Below, in pieces: positions 24,600 through 37,625 of a DNA stretch of 64,000 bases. The notes below the pieces were generated by a model. It worked only from the letters and a program-made list of their open reading frames with translations. It was not told where the DNA came from and did no database searches. The translations under genes were made by a program, and so were the position numbers. The stretch spans positions 1 to 64,000 of the forward strand of contig MQRK01243259.1 of the NCBI GenBank assembly GCA_001938485.1. The letters run 5' to 3'. Every line of letters starts with the position of its first letter. Within the stretch, counting starts at the first letter, position 1. The stretch is from Girardia tigrina. Taxonomy: Eukaryota.

Positions 24600-27148
24600 A
24601 TTAGACGTTCTTGGAACATCGTCGGAATTATTACTATGAGATATTTCTGACATCAAAACTTTTACTATTCCACACAAAAAATGTTTAAATTTAATATTTA
24701 AACAAACTTATTATTTTTCTTTTGAGAAACAATTTGTTTTATAAATCTTAAACCGATATAAATAAAAATACTTAAATATTCATATTTGATTTTTTTCATT
24801 ACTTTTATAAATCAATTTTAAATTACGATAACATTTTAACACATTTAATCGTTTCTATAATTATATTAATTTTTTTAAAATCGTTCCACATATAAAAATT
24901 ATACATTTTAATTTTTATATTATATTAAAAACTCTCAAAAATTGTTATTATTTGCAATTTAATTGATCTTCTTAATTTTAGTAATTTTAATTTTTAAAAC
25001 GTTACATATTTAATTATATAAAAATTTTCATTTGTATATATTTAATATAACCTCCTTTCAAAAATTTTCATAGCATTTTTAATTCCTAACATTCCCCTTT
25101 TTCTTTCAAATTGTTGAACTTTTCGACATTTCTTACTATTTGTTTTTTCACTTTATCCTCAAGTTTATAATTCCTCTCATGTATTTTGTCTATTATGGTG
25201 TATGGTCCCTCATATCTGTCATCATCTTTATTTCTTATCCTTTTTTTACAAGGTGTGGACCTTATTTCCGATATTGAAATTTCATTCTGTTTTTCCGTCT
25301 GGATACTTGATGTTTTCGTCTGACGTGTTCATTTTATTGCTAACCACTTCAGTCTATCTATTTTTCTATTTAAAATTACTTCAGCCGGACTTCTTCCAAT
25401 TGTTTTCTGGCGTGTTGTATTTAATGTGAATTCCAACTTTGGCAGCAAATCAGCCCAACTTGTCTCTTTTCTTTTTTTTAAACTTACTTGGATATACTAT
25501 CATATCGTTTGGAATTGTCTATCCACTATATCATTGGTGTTATGGTGGTACGGACTAGAGAAAACTAACTGAATACCTTGTTTTCTCATTAATTCTTGTA
25601 CTTTCTGTGATTCAAAAAAATCCTCATGTATTTCCTTAGGAGCACCAAATTTTAATATCCATTTTGTTAAAATCGTTTGTATAATCGTCTGTTCATCTTG
25701 TCTTTTGATGGCTGTTAAAATAATATATTTGCTAAAATGATCAATCATGGCCATTATATATTTTTCTTTTCTTATTGTTTCTCTCCATGGGCCACATATA
25801 TCGATGTATACTTTCTCAAACGGTTCAGATGATGTTATCTTGATTGTCTCTTCTTTAGTCTACGACGTATCTGCTTTTGTTTTTTGACATTCTTTACAAG
25901 TTCCAACTACTTCTTTCACTGTTTTGCATTCCTCTTCCATCTCAAATTTATCCTTTAAATAATGGTAAACTTTTTCCGCTTCTGCATGACATAACAATCT
26001 ATGTGTCTGTGCGATTAATTCACTTATTTTCTCTTTGGGTATATATTCTCTGTGTGCTTCATTTGCCTGCCTTCTTGTTATAACCGCTATTAATCGTGTT
26101 TTAAATCTGTCTGATTTTGCGTCTTCATGTTACATTTGACAATGGGCACATGTGTCACATTTGCTTCGAGACAGCATATCTGCATTTCCATGTATTTCAC
26201 CTTTTCTGTATACCATCTCTATATCCAAACTACTGAGATAATTGATCCATGTCTGAAACTAGGCTGTTATTGGTTTTTTTGTATGTAACATAAAAGTGAC
26301 GGCTTAATGATCTGTCCTTAGTTTAAATCTTTTCCCCTATAAATGATTAAAATGTTGACAAAAATAATAAATGGCCAAAAGTTCTTTCCTTGTTATACAA
26401 TATCCTTTTGCAAGAGCTCCCATCGAATGTGAGCCATAAGCTATTACATGTTCTATTTCGGATTCGCCAACTTGTGACAGTACTGCTCCTATACTATCAA
26501 AACGGGTATCCGTATCCAAAATAAACTCTTTATTGAAGTTCGAGAATGCTAAAATCGGGGCTGTTATGAGGGATTTCTTCATATCGTTAAAAGCTAGTTC
26601 ACATGAGTCCACCCATACTAGTTTATCTTAATTCGATCCACATAACCCTTCTAGCGCCCTGGCCTTTTTGGGGTACCCATTTATGAATCACCTATAGTAG
26701 TTAAATATTCCCAGAAAACTTCTCAAATTTTTCATGCAGTTTGGTCTCTGGAATCCTTCAATTGCTTTAATTTTATCTGGATCCGTGTGAATACCTTCTC
26801 TTTTTACTACATTTCCTAAGAATTTTACCTCATCCTTTAAAAATTTGCATTTAGATGGTTTTATTCTTAAATTAGCTTTCTCAATTTGTTGGAAAACTTC
26901 ACCCAATACTTTATAATGTTCTTCTATGGTCTGAGTTGCTATCAATATATCATCCATATATACTGACGTTCTTTTCAACTCTCAAAAAATTGTTATTATT
27001 TGCAATTTAATTGATCTTAATTTTAGTAGTTTTATTTTTTAAAACTTTATTTTTTATTTTTTATATTTAATGATGTAAAAATTTTCATTTGTACATATTT
27101 AATATAACCTTCTTTCAAAACTTTTCATAGCATTTTTAATTCCTAACA
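24600..27148 (-). mobile_element. Gypsy LTR retrotransposon with large internal deletion
   Basis: RT (YMDDIL), RNase H (FILDTD..IGAVLSQ, ELLAI) and integrase (IDHFSKY, SPYHH) fragments. LTR starts TGTTAGGAATT at 27148 and 25091. Polypurine tract at 25092-25105. Direct repeat about 24930-25091 / 26978-27148. Left boundary approximate. Confidence 0.88.
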
Positions 27149-28689
27149 GTAATTGTTTGAATAATTCGAAATAAGCGAGAGATTTGAATCGGTCTCAGTA
27201 TTTTTGGGTTAAATAAAATTTTTTATTATTGACCTTATTTTAGTCACTACAAAAAGCATTATTGAAATTCAGAATCCAAAATAATTAAAATAATAAAATA
27301 TATTTTTACATGAACCTATCATCTGAAAGATATAAAAAGGATCGACTAATAATACAAAACTAGAAAATGAGAACAAAGATAGTAGCAAAGATAGTTTATT
27401 GTCGCCTCTTTTGCAATTAAAAGACGTTATTTATTTTTTAACGCTCAGTAAATGTTTACATAATATTAAAAATCGTTTTGGTATTTAAGAAAAATAAAAA
27501 AAATATAAGTTGATGTAAGCTTTATAATATTTCAAAAGATATATGCTTTCAAATTTGATAAAAAATATATTCATGGTTTACTTTTTAACCCTTTAATTTA
27601 TACATTAATTAATTTTTTAAAACTAAATTAAGTCTTATTACTGTTTTCAACACTTAGAATAAATTGATAAGTTTTTTATTTTAATTAATTTTTTAGCGAC
27701 TTTCAGTTTGATGATCGATGGTCGTTCTATGGCCTATTTTTAATGTAATCTTCTTCAGTTTCTTCTAAAATTTTATAATCAAGACTCTTTTTCTGTTATG
27801 CCTATCAGATAAAGGGGTTAATTGTTTCACAGTTCATTGAAGTTATTAGTTTTCTGCTTAAAATTTTCGTGAGTGTATCATTAATAACAAATTACTCTTA
27901 TTTTATTTAACAAAAAAAATTGAGAAAAAATAATTTTAATTTTTGTTATTTGATATTTGAAAATTAATATCAAAGTAATTATTTTTGAAATGTGGAATAA
28001 ACTGTAAATCAAAGTTTATTAAATTTTAAAATTTTTTAAAAAATCAAAAAAGATTAAAATCAAAACTCTGAACACAATCTTGAAATTCTGTTTGAGGTAT
28101 TAATTTTGGTGGAATATCGACCATCTTTAGTCTCAAATTAACATTAGTGTAATACAGTGATAGTCAACCTGGTCCATACCGCCCTTTAGTGGGCGTGGGA
28201 TTTTTTTTATGTTAGTTCAAATATTATTGTTTTTAAAAGCAAATATGTTGTTGAAATTATTATTTAAGAACAATTTTATTTATAAAGCATATTCCATTTT
28301 TCAGCTCTTCAGATATAAGTTGCGTTTTGATGTACACAGATTTGAACCCATAAAAATACTTAAATAATGCGTTCAGATTATTTGTTCTTGTATTTACTGT
28401 CCAACTTATTGTTGGTGCAGGTGGTTTTGCTTCTTTGTATTTATATAAATATGTATTTTTACTAAAAATCACACTAAGGAGTTAAAAGCACATCGTTTGC
28501 TATTATATTTTTACACGATTACTTAAAATCCTTTTACATTGCTGCAGTTCGATAGAATAAATAATTTACAGAAACTTAATATGAATTGTACTACGAATTT
28601 TGTTTTTGCCTTATGTCATTAGATGGTGCTGTCCAGGGCATTAAGATTATCTCTTAAAGTTTTTACATATTTTAGAGGAACTGAGGAAT

Positions 28690-29140
28690 TGGTCTAAAAA
28701 CAAATTGTTTTTAGTCTCTCTGCACAATCAACATATTTTTTTCCTTGCTGGTTACTGTTCACTAACAAATTTTAAAATAAATCCGTTTAAAATAAATTTG
28801 TCTAACATTAAGATCGTTTAGTGAATGTTCATTTTTTATTGCAGTGATAAACTTCCTATATATTTGATGATAACCGGATACTTGGAAAAGAAAGCGACGA
28901 TGCCGTATCTCAATATAATTGTTTGTCTTAAACAATCCTTCAAAAATACTTTCATGGGAGTTCCACTTCTTGATCTCGAAAGTGGGAGACCGTTATCCTT
29001 ATCGTAATGTTAGACATATTTATTTTAAACGGATTTATTTTAATCGACTTTAATTGGAGAAACAGTTTTTGTTAGGTTAATTTATTTTTTAGACCAATTT
29101 TTTAGACCAATATGTTTTAGATCAATTTGGTTTTAAACGA
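28690..29140. repeat. Fold-back MITE-like element
   Basis: Inverted repeat at about 28775-28815 / 29000-29042, with ttttagaccaat-type repeats at the ends. Confidence 0.55.
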
Positions 29141-29149
29141 CCTAAACCC

Positions 29150-29500
29150 AATTTTAGAGCCCTACTCTTGGCCGGTGTTTGATGAAAGAGTGCCGTTTGG
29201 TGACTCAGAAGTCTTGCAAATGACAAAAAGTTAGGATTAAACGATCGAAATGTTGTACATCAATTTAGAGAAATCAAAGAAACCAACAAAAGAATTCAAA
29301 AATAGAACTTTGTCTTCTCTACTTATCCTGCATCTTCTGTGGAGTTCGAGAGAGGATTTTCTTCCATGAAAACCGAAAAAGCAGGATTCACTTTAGACGA
29401 CAAACATATAATACTTGATGTTTATTAAGTTAAATGGACCTCAATTATGGTTCTTTGATCCAGCTCCATTCGGAAAATGGCTGAAAGTGTGTTATGGTCA
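29150..29500 (+). mobile_element. hAT transposase C-terminal dimerisation-domain fragment
   Basis: STYPASSVEFERGFSSMK...LMFIKLNGP. Confidence 0.65.
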
Positions 29501-30750
29501 ATCTATATCATTGAAACCAGTAAAGTCTGCATCTTCTAATACAAAGCGAAGGCGAGGTATTCATTCTATGACTATTCCATGAATTATCATTTCATATCAA
29601 CTCATAAAACATAATGATACTGGAAAAATGAATTGTCTCACATTGAATTACTTATGGGGTTTTCTTAAGCGTTGATTCTTGACTTGATTCCGGAATCGAT
29701 TCCTAAACTAGATTCCACTTAATTCCTGGAATCAAGTGAGACGTGTTCCTTACAACCCTTTTCTTAGTAACGTTGATAAAAAACAGCTGATACCAGGTGT
29801 TCTACTTATTATTATTTATGTTGACAATTTATATGTGCATTTGATAAAACCTAAAATTCTATTATTAAATCTTTAAAAAGTTATGTCTTTAAAATAAAAT
29901 ACAACTTCTTTGGAAGCATATACACACATATGTTTGATATTTTTAATGTATTGATCAATTCGTATGATTTCTAAAAATTGAAATTGATTTGTGAAAGTAA
30001 TTGAAAGCTACTACTTCCGTGTAGCTCTTTCCTTTATCTTTCACTCCAACATTATTTTGTAGGAAATGAAACTTAAATTGGAAAATATGACAATAAAAAT
30101 TACTGACTGCTAAAAATTTGTAAAAATAACGCACAACAATGGAATCTAATTTTGGAATCAAGCGTTCCTAAACTAGCATGGAATCATTTCTGGAATCGCT
30201 TTTAGATTCCAGTTTATGAATATGGCTTTAGTGAGTTGGTAAGTCGGAAAGATATTTCGCTTTTTGAAAAATCGACATGTGTCAATTTTATCATTTGACA
30301 TATACATATAAATCTTAAAAAACTACCACCCCTTCAAACCAAAGCGGTAATACGCACAGTTCTTTCTATAAAAACTGATTATACAGTAGAATATCAACCG
30401 TAAAGGACATAGCAATGAGACCATCTTTTTCATACCAATTCTATAAAAATTTCAAAATTAGCATAGCAAAAAATAAGCAAAAATGAACAACTAGTCGAGA
30501 TTCATCAGTAAGACTCAAATTACTAAGGTAATCCATAAAATTTTTAATCACCCTAAGTACTCAAAATACTTGTAATTAAAAAGTAGAATATGATTGTTTA
30601 TAGTATCTATAAGGTCTAAAATGCTTCTTTCTAAGGTTGGGCTGATTACAGAAATTTTTATCATTCAATATTAGAAAGTTGAGGTGATTTCTGACCGCCT
30701 TACCTCTAAAAGAGTATTTCGAGCAATGCATAATTAGAAGTTTTATAAAA

Positions 30751-30751
<1 letters not shown>

Positions 30752-30794
<43 letters not shown>

Positions 30795-31479
30795 TGTCTA
30801 AAAAGTTTGTTGGTTTGTTTGTTTGTTTGTTTGTCGGTCACGCTTTTCAATGTGCAATTGAGGACGAACTAGAATGAATCCAGTTAAGATCGTGGTTAAT
30901 CTGGATAGCCCGCATCAGTACAATTTTGCCGGTGTAGCGCCTTTGCCAAATGACGCCCGGAAGCCTATGAAATCGATCGAAAACCGTACAAGTCGTTAAA
31001 TGGTTAAATTAACACCGATTTCGAATAATGGCAATTTTGACGATTCCTACACGGAATTTCGTGAAAATTCTTATTAAAATAACACTAAAATACTAATTCA
31101 TTTGATAAATGACGATTTCTATCACTTATTTGCTAATTATATTTCTAAAAATCAATTCAGGTTAAATTTGCAAAATTTCGTTATCACGGTTTGTCGGTCA
31201 TGCTCAAATTTTACTATATATATGCTGATAAAATAAGAAATATTGGAGGAAAAGTAAGTGAATCCGCGTAAAGTTGAGATAGTTCTGCATATTCCGCATC
31301 AAGACGCTTCCGCCTTTCCCGAAAGGCCCTGGGAGCCGATTTATTTGACTGACTAATAAATTAACACAGAATTCAAAACAATTAATAATAAAATATAATA
31401 ATTACGATTTAAAAATTAAAACAGAAACTTTCAAAGTCGCAAATTCAGTTCACCAGTCATATGACGGGTATCTTTCTAG
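30752..31479 (+). mobile_element. Non-autonomous Helitron
   Basis: 5' (TA)n and (GTTT)n. 3' hairpin ccagtcatatgacggg followed by CTAG|T. Partial inverted copy at about 41718-41925. Confidence 0.75.
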
Positions 31480-31999
31480 TCTTATTAAGATTTTGCTTTG
31501 TACCAAACATATGGAATCGTGCCAGTCGTTTTGGTACAAACAAAACTCTATAGACATTCATACTGCCTAATGATTATTTGAATAAAAATGTAAAGCCAAA
31601 ACCAATTACTTCTTGGTAAATGTTAATTTAAAAGAACTTTTAAAATAAATAAATAATATCCAGAGCTGGAAATAATTGCAATTCATCTCTCCAAATGTCA
31701 TAAACACTTCTTGCAAGGAAGCCGAGAGTTAAAAGACTGCATGAATTTATCAATTTTCGGAGATGACTCCAAAATCACTTAGTATACAGGCTACAAAACT
31801 GATAATCTGAAAATGAAACTAATTAAGCCTATCAATTCATAAAATCGTTATATAAACTGCGAAGATCAGTTTTGGTGTCCCAATTTTGAATCGATTGTTT
31901 TAGTTTCATGTCTTTAATCAGTATAATCTCAAGTTTAAATTCATTTGGCTCTTAGTCTTTCTAAGTGACTTAATCATGTTGTTTGTCAAAATTTAAATA

Positions 32000-34121
32000 C
32001 AGGGCGTCCCGCAGGATATGCCTTCGCTAATTCTGATGTTAAATTGAAGTTTAGCGTCTATATATTGTATAGTGGCAAATGATTTTTTTTAAAAAATCTA
32101 GCATCATATAACAAATTACTTAACAAATTTTTCAAAAAATTTTGGAAAAACAAGTTAAATAATGACTCATTTTATAGATTATTCAATTTTAAACAACTTT
32201 TTTGAAGTCCACATATGCGCTAAAATGAACAGTAACAAAGTTATTCAATAAATTATAAGTTTTAAAAATTTTGATCCCTAGAGTCCATATTGTTTCTTTA
32301 GAGTATGTTTTAGTTTCGACAGTGCTCAAGTTTCATCGTTATTCATCTGTATTCTACAGAACAACGACGTTTTATGGTTTTATTTTATCGGGATACGAAT
32401 TCACCATCAGAAGCGATTAAATTATTCAAGAAAAAGTTTTAAAATCACCAAAATATAGATCCAAAGACATTTAAAATGTTAGTAAAGGCATTTAAAATGA
32501 ATTAAAGTATTTTTATCATTATTTTAGAGTATTTGACAAATTTATGACTACTGGTAGCGTAATGGACCATAAAGAAGGGATTCAAACGAAGAAAAATACG
32601 GATATTGCCGAAGAAAATGTTAAGAAAGTTGAGGAATTGATCAAGCAAAGCCCTTCAACATCGATTAGAATGGAAAGCAAGCAACTGAACATCAGCTAAT
32701 CACCGGTACAAAGAATTATCAAAATCGAAACATGTCCAATAGTTGTATTAAAAAAGCTTTGATCAAATTATATTTTCGAAATACTAAACTTGCGTTCACA
32801 AGACTCAATATTATACACAACGAAGCTGTGAATCTTATGAATCGCGTCTTATGGGGCTGAAGTTCAAAAACTCGCAGTTTAAACCGCTCGAATTCGTACG
32901 CTTCCCCGACCGTAAAGTAAGTCGTCTACAAACGATTTAATGCCAACACGTAAATCANNNNNNNNNNNNNNNNNNNNNNNNNNNNNNNNNNNNNNNNNNN
33001 NNNNNNNNNNNNNNNNNNNNNNNNNNNNNNNNNNNNNNNNNNNNNNNNNNNNNNNNNNNNNNNNNNNNNNNNNNNNNNNNNNNNNNNNNNNNNNNNNNNN
33101 NNNNNNNNNNNNNNNNNNNNNNNNNNNNNNNNNNNNNNNNNNNNNNNNNNNNNNNNNNNNNNNNNNNNNNNNNNNNNNNNNNNNNNNNNNNNNNNNNNNN
33201 NNNNNNNNNNNNNNNNNNNNNNNNNNNNNNNNNNNNNNNNNNNNNNNNNNNNNNNNNNNNNNNNNNNNNNNNNNNNNNNNNNNNNNNNNNNNNNNNNNNN
33301 NNNNNNNNNNNNNNNNNNNNNNNNNCAAAATTGTAGAATTTGGGGATCAGAAAGTCCACATTATTTAATTATTAAATCCTTGCATCCGAAATGATTATCT
33401 GTCTGGTGTGGTATATCTTCAGAAATGATTATTGGACCGGTTATCTTTTCTGAAAATATTAAATCAACGGTTTATTTAAACATTCTTCAAGAACAAATGG
33501 TACCTTATTTGTATGATTTTGGAAAAATAAGCGACTTTTATTTCATGCAAGATGGTGCTAAACCGCATAAAACATGCGATGTATGTTATTATCTTTCAGA
33601 ACATTTCGACGCTCGAATAATTGCATTGGATTCAGAGAAATTTACTGGTAAAGGAATATGTTGGCCTCCTTATTCACCTGATTTGAATCCATGCGATTAT
33701 TTTCTTTGGGGATTCATAAAGGATGGTATTTATAGAACTCCGGTGGTTAATTTGGAAGATTTAAAAAATCGAATTGAAGCCAGGATTCGAGAGATCATTC
33801 CTGAAATGTTAAAAAGAGTTGTAAACAACTTTGAGCAACGATTATGAAATGTAATTGTTTCATAAGGATCTCACTTTGAAAATCTTTTATATTAATAAAT
33901 ATTGTTTTTTTATTGAATAACTTTATTACTGTTCATTTTATGGCATATGTTTACTTCAAAAAAGTTGTTTAAAATTGAATAATCTATAAAATAAGTCATT
34001 ATTTAACTTGTTCTTCCAAAAATTTTTGAAAAATTTGTTACATAATTTTTTATATAATGCTAGATTTGTAAAAAAAAATTATTAGTCAATATACAATATA
34101 AAGACCCTGTGGGACACCCTG
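32000..34121 (+). mobile_element. Tc1/mariner (rosa-like) element with long TIRs, interrupted by insertions and a gap
   Basis: TA-CAGGGCGTCCC ... GGGACACCCTG-TA. Long imperfect TIRs. FMQDGAKPH...WPPYSPDLNPCDYFLWG. Confidence 0.9.
32724..32812 (+). mobile_element. Short Penelope-like 3' tail inserted in the Tc1/mariner element
   Basis: Near-identical to about 37516-37605 (atcgaaacatgtccaatagttgtat...agactcaata). Confidence 0.8.
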
Positions 34122-34571
34122 TAAAAAGATGTGAGATAATTTTCTTGAATATTTATAATGAAACTCAAAAATGTAAATAAAATCATTTAAATTAAAACTT
34201 TGTGTTAAGAGAACTCACACATTTGACAGAACATTTATTACATTCACATTTCTTATCATCTGTATGATGATCAACAGTATTGCTTTCCCTTAGATCCATC
34301 AATCAATTTTTCAATATCTCCCATTATAATCTGAACTATACTTGATAAGATTATTTTATTTAAAAATATTTAATTTAAATTTGATTTGCTGAAATAAAAT
34401 ATTTTTATAGTCATTTTTAACCATTAATTTGATTTTAATTATTTAAAAATTTACAAAAATAAAATCATTAAAATTATTTAAAACTTGCAATAATAAAAAC
34501 TAAAAATTTGAATATTAAATCTAAATTTAAATAAATTAGTTTCAGATTATAAGAATTAAAATATTGATAAT

Positions 34572-34668
34572 CCATCTGGTTAGGAGAGGCACAATCCCAA
34601 ATCAACATACAACATTTGAACATGCAAAAACTACACAAAAACATCCACACACCAAATATTCCTCACAC
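34572..34668. repeat. Conserved-end non-coding module, copy 3
   Basis: CCATCTGGTTAGGAGA...CAACATAC...AAATATTCCTCACA. Confidence 0.65.
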
Positions 34669-35984
34669 TTTGAAATAAAAATTTTATATAAACATTAAAT
34701 ATAATATAAATTAATTTCTGTTTTGTAAATCAAATATGAATATCTATTATTTTTTTATAAAAAAATTAAAATAACAAATTTTTCAAAAAATATAAAGCAT
34801 AATTTTATAAATGATTAATTATTTATTTTTTTCCAGAAGAAATAACACTTACTGAAATTCATTTATTTTTCATTTTCAATTTAAATTAAGCTTCTGGGAA
34901 TTGAAATCATTATTTTAATAATTAACAAAATTTTTGTTCATTTTAAAAGAATAATGTTATTGAACTTTTAAAAGTAATTTTCAATTTTGTTTAGAACCTT
35001 TAAATCAAATAAAAAATTAATAATTATAATGTATATATTATTGTATTTGTTCTTTAAATTTAAGTATAAATATCCTTTGGATTATATTAAAATCAATAAT
35101 TAATATAATGAAAAGAATTGGCAATTTTCCGAGAATTCAAAGTAAGAAAAACAAGAATTAAATAAGTTTGCAACCAACCAACGTTTCTTCGTGAAAAGTA
35201 ATACCTCTGGCAGGTAAGCAAGAAATACAATACCGTCAATTGCCACAGTGGATTCCAAAGTACATGTTGGCCATGATCATTTTATATTTTAAATGCAATG
35301 ATAAAAGCCCCAGGAAGTGTGCCTTCTGGATAAAATTGTCACCATTGGATGTGCATTTACGCCAAATTACGTTTTGTTTTGTTTTCGGTACTATAAATCT
35401 TACATGTACAAACTACCCGAGCTTCAACCTACTTTCGGAAAACATGTAGTATGTTCCTACTGCTGCGCGAGAGAGTTATCTTCAAAAATCAGAATGCAGT
35501 TACCGATATTCAAAGTGCGTGTCAAGGGTCATGCAGTAAGAATGCTAGTGGACATGATCTAACCAACAACCATAATGACATCTAATCACCTCAAAACGCG
35601 TGAAGTTATTATTTGAAAGTGAAACATGGGGTCTGGGTGGAAATTGAAGTGAGCGGACATCGGAATTGAAGTGCACAAATTTCTTTATAAATACTAACTG
35701 CAAAATCTGGAATCGACTTTATATCACCTTTTCTTAATTTTGAGATATGAAACTAGCAGTTTATTCTTATTCTTTGATTACTAAAATTTTACTAAACAGA
35801 ATTATTTACTAAAATTATGGATTTTTAGTAAACTAAGGGACTTTTACTAAAATAAGAGAATTTTACTATTTCTAGGGATTTGTGACTGAAATAAGGGAAA
35901 TTTATATAAAAATAAGGGATTTTTTACTGATGTTTTTGTCCAATCCGTCGCCACTTTCCAATCACGAATTTTGGCCCTGAAGAG

Positions 35985-36311
35985 GGCCGTATGTCTTTCG
36001 CCATTCTTAGAAGCACTTAAGGAACCTCCGATGAAATAATCGGGTTGAAAGAATTTCCCAAGGTTCGAATTCAGTACATAATCGAGAGTGGTACTATTCA
36101 ATTCAACCATGACACATTTTCAACCATTGGGACACATTTTCCATGAATTCCAGAAGTAAAGTAAACGTAAATTATCGGTAATTGCAAATCACTGTCGCCT
36201 TCGTAAACACCAGTGATCGGTTTGATTATGTGTTTATTAGTGATTATTTTCAAAAATATCGTTCCAATATTGTTTGCACAACTTTGAAATATTGTCATCA
36301 ATTCATACCAT
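35985..36311 (-). pseudogene. Divergent beta-tubulin-like N-terminal fragment
   Basis: SCANNIGTIFLKIITNKHIIKPITGVYEGDSDLQL..IYVYF....GKCVP / VELNSTTLDYVLNSNLGKFFQPDYFI aligns to beta-tubulin [41 protein letters not shown]...GKYVP...[26 protein letters not shown]. One frameshift; truncated. Confidence 0.8.
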
Positions 36312-36517
36312 GGTTCTTAAATGGCTCCACATGTCTTGATAAAATATTCCACATTAAAAACATAGCCAAAAGGCAAAGTTATCTGTCCGTTTAAATTACA
36401 CATTCAATCTCCAAAATAAAGAAAAATCGATTTTGCTATATATATCTTTATTCGCTCTCACAAAATACAAAAACGGATTCGTTTAAACAACGAATTTAAC
36501 TTCCATATATATATATA

Positions 36518-37605
36518 TCGAAAATATAATTTGATTAAAGCTTTTTTTATTCTTGTTTTAATTGTTTTTTAACTCGTGCATCTGTACATAATTTGTCTAA
36601 TGTTACCCTAATGTTGTGTTCTATTAGCTTGTTTGTATACATATTGTCCTTCAAGAAAATACTGAAGAATACAAACAAATCATTAAAATTCCATATTCCG
36701 AAGGATATAGAGCGTTTAAGAAGAGTATTTGTAGAACAATAAGTAGTGCTAAAGTAGTTTCTGTCACATCCAAAGTTCAAAGTTTCCTCTCAAACAAATC
36801 GAAAACAGTTTGTGATTTGCAAGCTAATCTGGTATATAAATTTAATTGTCACGGGTGCAAAACTCGTACATCGGAGAGCAGGGATCAGCTGTGCGGCCAG
36901 TGGGCATACTTCTACGTAGTATCCCTGAGAAACTAGATGAAGGGTTTGATTCCGTCTCTAGGCTAAAGTGCCCGAANNNNNNNNNNNNNNNNNNNNNNNN
37001 NNNNNNNNNNNNNNNNNNNNNNNNNNNNNNNNNNNNNNNNNNNNNNNNNNNNNNNNNNNNNNNNNNNNNNNNNNNNNNNNNNNNNNNNNNNNNNNNNNNN
37101 NNNNNNNNNNNNNNNNNNNNNNNNNNNNNNNNNNNNNNNNNNNNNNNNNNNNNNNNNNNNNNNNNNNNNNNNNNNNNNNNNNNNNNNNNNNNNNNNNNNN
37201 NNNNNNNNNNNNNNNNNNNNNNNNNNNNNNNNNNNNNNNNNNNNNNNNNNATTACGAACGACAGTTTTGTGAATCTCTACTAATAAGACACTACAACCCA
37301 TCAATTAACATTCAGAATGGGCAAAGTAAGGTTATTTCAATACTTAAAATTTTTAATTAAAATATTATTGCCATTATTACCCAATAATATTTTCATAAAT
37401 AAAAATGTTTAATTTTTTCGTTACCTTTTAAAGTAAATTATATTTATTAAAATTGGGAAAAATTGTATTATTCAAACAATTCAATAGAAAATTGCTGATG
37501 ATGATGTATATAAACATCGAAACATGTCCAATAGTTGTATAAAAAAAGCTTTCATCAAATTATATTTTCGAAATACTAAACTTGCGTTCACAAGACTCAA
37601 TAATA
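36518..37605 (+). mobile_element. Penelope-like element 3' portion with partial inverted repeat
   Basis: LVYKFNCHGCK..YIGE and ESLLIRHYNPSINIQ (GIY-YIG). 36518-36550 is inverted relative to 37539-37571. Confidence 0.85.
37491..37532 (+). ncRNA. Minimal type I hammerhead ribozyme
   Basis: auug-CUGAUGA-u-gaugu-auauaa-acauc-GAAA-caug-UC-caau. Intact core, palindromic CAUG in place of stem III, predicted cleavage after GUC (37528). Confidence 0.8.
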
Positions 37606-37625
37606 TATATATATATATATATATA

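Noticed and set aside
35380-35560. Cys-rich stretch resembling a piggyBac C-terminal domain
   Set aside because: Too degraded, and no TTAA-bounded TIR was confirmed.
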